A stretch of DNA of 64,000 bases from a virus (lineage: Duplodnaviria; Caudoviricetes): IMG/VR virus record IMGVR_UViG_3300033120_000337, positions 1 to 64,000 of that record. One strand, 5' to 3'. The notes under the pieces were generated by a model. It worked only from the letters and a program-made list of their open reading frames with translations. It was not told the origin of the DNA and did not search any database. Below are positions 62,854 to 64,000 of the stretch, piece after piece; position 1 is the first letter of the stretch; each line of letters begins with the position of its first letter. A program made the translations under genes and the position numbers.

Positions 62854-64000
62854 ATGGCTCTTGACACAAAGTACAGGCCAAACACTTACGATGGAGTCCT
62901 AGGGCAGTCCAGCACTGTTCAGATTCTTCGTCAGTATGTGAAGAGCGGGTCTGGATTCCACCAAAGCTATCTTTTCGCAGGACCTTGGGGCAGCGGAAAG
63001 ACAACTCTGGGAAGAATCCTAGCCCGTAGTCTTCTGTGCGAAGCTCCTGTGGATGGGGCAGCGTGTGATGCCTGTACTTCGTGTCGGTCTATCTTGATTG
63101 GTGGCACCTCGGAGAACTTTGTTGAGATTGACGCTGCTACGAATTCTGGAAAGGATTCGATCCGAAAGATTGTTGAGGAGATCTCGTACTCGACTTTCTC
63201 CGGGAAGCAGCGCATCTACCTCTTCGACGAGAGCCACAGGTTGAGTACAGATGCACTGGATGCTCTACTCAAGCCCCTAGAGGACTGTGTTCCTGGTTCT
63301 GAGGACAAGTCCCTAGTCTGTATCTTCTGTACTACTGAGCCCGAGAGAATGCGATCCACGCTACTCTCTAGGTGTGCTCCAGCGTTCATAATCAAGCCTG
63401 TGACCCCTATCCAGATTGGGGAACGACTCTCTGTTGTATGTGACTCGGAGAGTATCTCTTACGATAGGGAAGCCCTAAACTTGATTGGGGAACTGACTGA
63501 GTGTCACATTCGTGATGCTCTCAAAGCAGTTGAAGGTGTGTCAATGTTGGGTTCCGTGACGAGAGAGAACGTCGCGAAGTACCTTCATTTGGATTCTCAC
63601 ATTCTTGTTCTGGACATTCTGTCTTCCATCTTGGGAGATCTCCCCAAAGCTTTGTCAGTTGCTTCCGGTCTTCTTCAGACCACCAGCCCGACTACACTTT
63701 ACGAGAAGCTCTCTGAGATGGCTATGTTGGCGTATCGGGTGAAACTGGGTGTGGCAAAGGCCCCCAGTTACTTGGATCCCTCAAGACTTCAGAGTGTTGG
63801 TGAGACTGTAGGAGACAAACTTCTTACGTACGCTACACGGTTTGCTTCCAGGCCAAGTAGACCAAGTTCATCTATGGTTTTGTGTGACATTGCACAACTT
63901 CACCAAGATGCAGTGGCCCCTCCGATTCAAACAGTCGTATCTGTAATTCAGAGTCCGGTTTCTTTTCCAGAAAAGCCTCCTGAGTTGGGTACCGTGAAGG
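62854..64000 (+). CDS. dnaX: DNA polymerase III gamma/tau clamp-loader subunit (runs off window end)
   Basis: Manual translation: KYRP..Y..VLGQ, GPWGSGKTT, CDAC.SC, EIDAA, DESHRLS..A.DALLK.LE, LLSRC. Confidence 0.9.
   Translation, partial: MALDTKYRPNTYDGVLGQSSTVQILRQYVKSGSGFHQSYLFAGPWGSGKTTLGRILARSLLCEAPVDGAACDACTSCRSILIGGTSENFVEIDAATNSGKDSIRKIVEEISYSTFSGKQRIYLFDESHRLSTDALDALLKPLEDCVPGSEDKSLVCIFCTTEPERMRSTLLSRCAPAFIIKPVTPIQIGERLSVVCDSESISYDREALNLIGELTECHIRDALKAVEGVSMLGSVTRENVAKYLHLDSHILVLDILSSILGDLPKALSVASGLLQTTSPTTLYEKLSEMAMLAYRVKLGVAKAPSYLDPSRLQSVGETVGDKLLTYATRFASRPSRPSSSMVLCDIAQLHQDAVAPPIQTVVSVIQSPVSFPEKPPELGTVK

Overview
64 kb segment of a large (jumbo-type) tailed dsDNA bacteriophage genome; the host cannot be determined from sequence alone. 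(1) ~0.04-13.6 kb: accessory genes, including an SGNH hydrolase, dCTP deaminase, stand-alone HD hydrolase, DEDDh exonuclease, CX5R phosphatase, RlaP-type nucleotidyltransferase, DUF2829/Tad2-like anti-defence protein, SET-domain protein and Dps-like ferritin. (2) ~13.6-25.8 kb: GroEL-like chaperonin, tail-fibre/adhesin genes and putative head-internal proteins that share N-terminal leader peptides. (3) ~25.9-31.1 kb: leftward genes, a frameshifted CCA-adding enzyme, a repeat-bearing intergenic gap and an ADP-ribosyltransferase-like gene. (4) ~31.5-41.2 kb: a ~10 kb RNA island with 38 recognisable tRNAs covering all 20 amino acids, a tmRNA, two YrlA-type Y RNAs (tRNA mimics with permuted arm order), a Ro60/Rsr (TROVE) gene, two free-standing endonucleases and several unexplained structured RNAs; one more tRNA lies at 6.5 kb. 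(5) ~41.3-64 kb: replication/recombination module (clamp-loader subunits, nrdA/nrdB, RecD2, SSB-like, RuvC-like, RecA, split Rad50/SbcC plus Mre11, beta clamp, primase, dnaX). Highlights: a phage Ro60 + Y RNA + tRNA-repair ensemble; a dispersed ~33-nt motif (7 copies) whose two stems covary as an H-type pseudoknot; a shared ~30-aa leader on three unrelated proteins, one of them ART-like; atypical tRNA-like RNAs. All family assignments come from motif recognition by eye; no searches were run.
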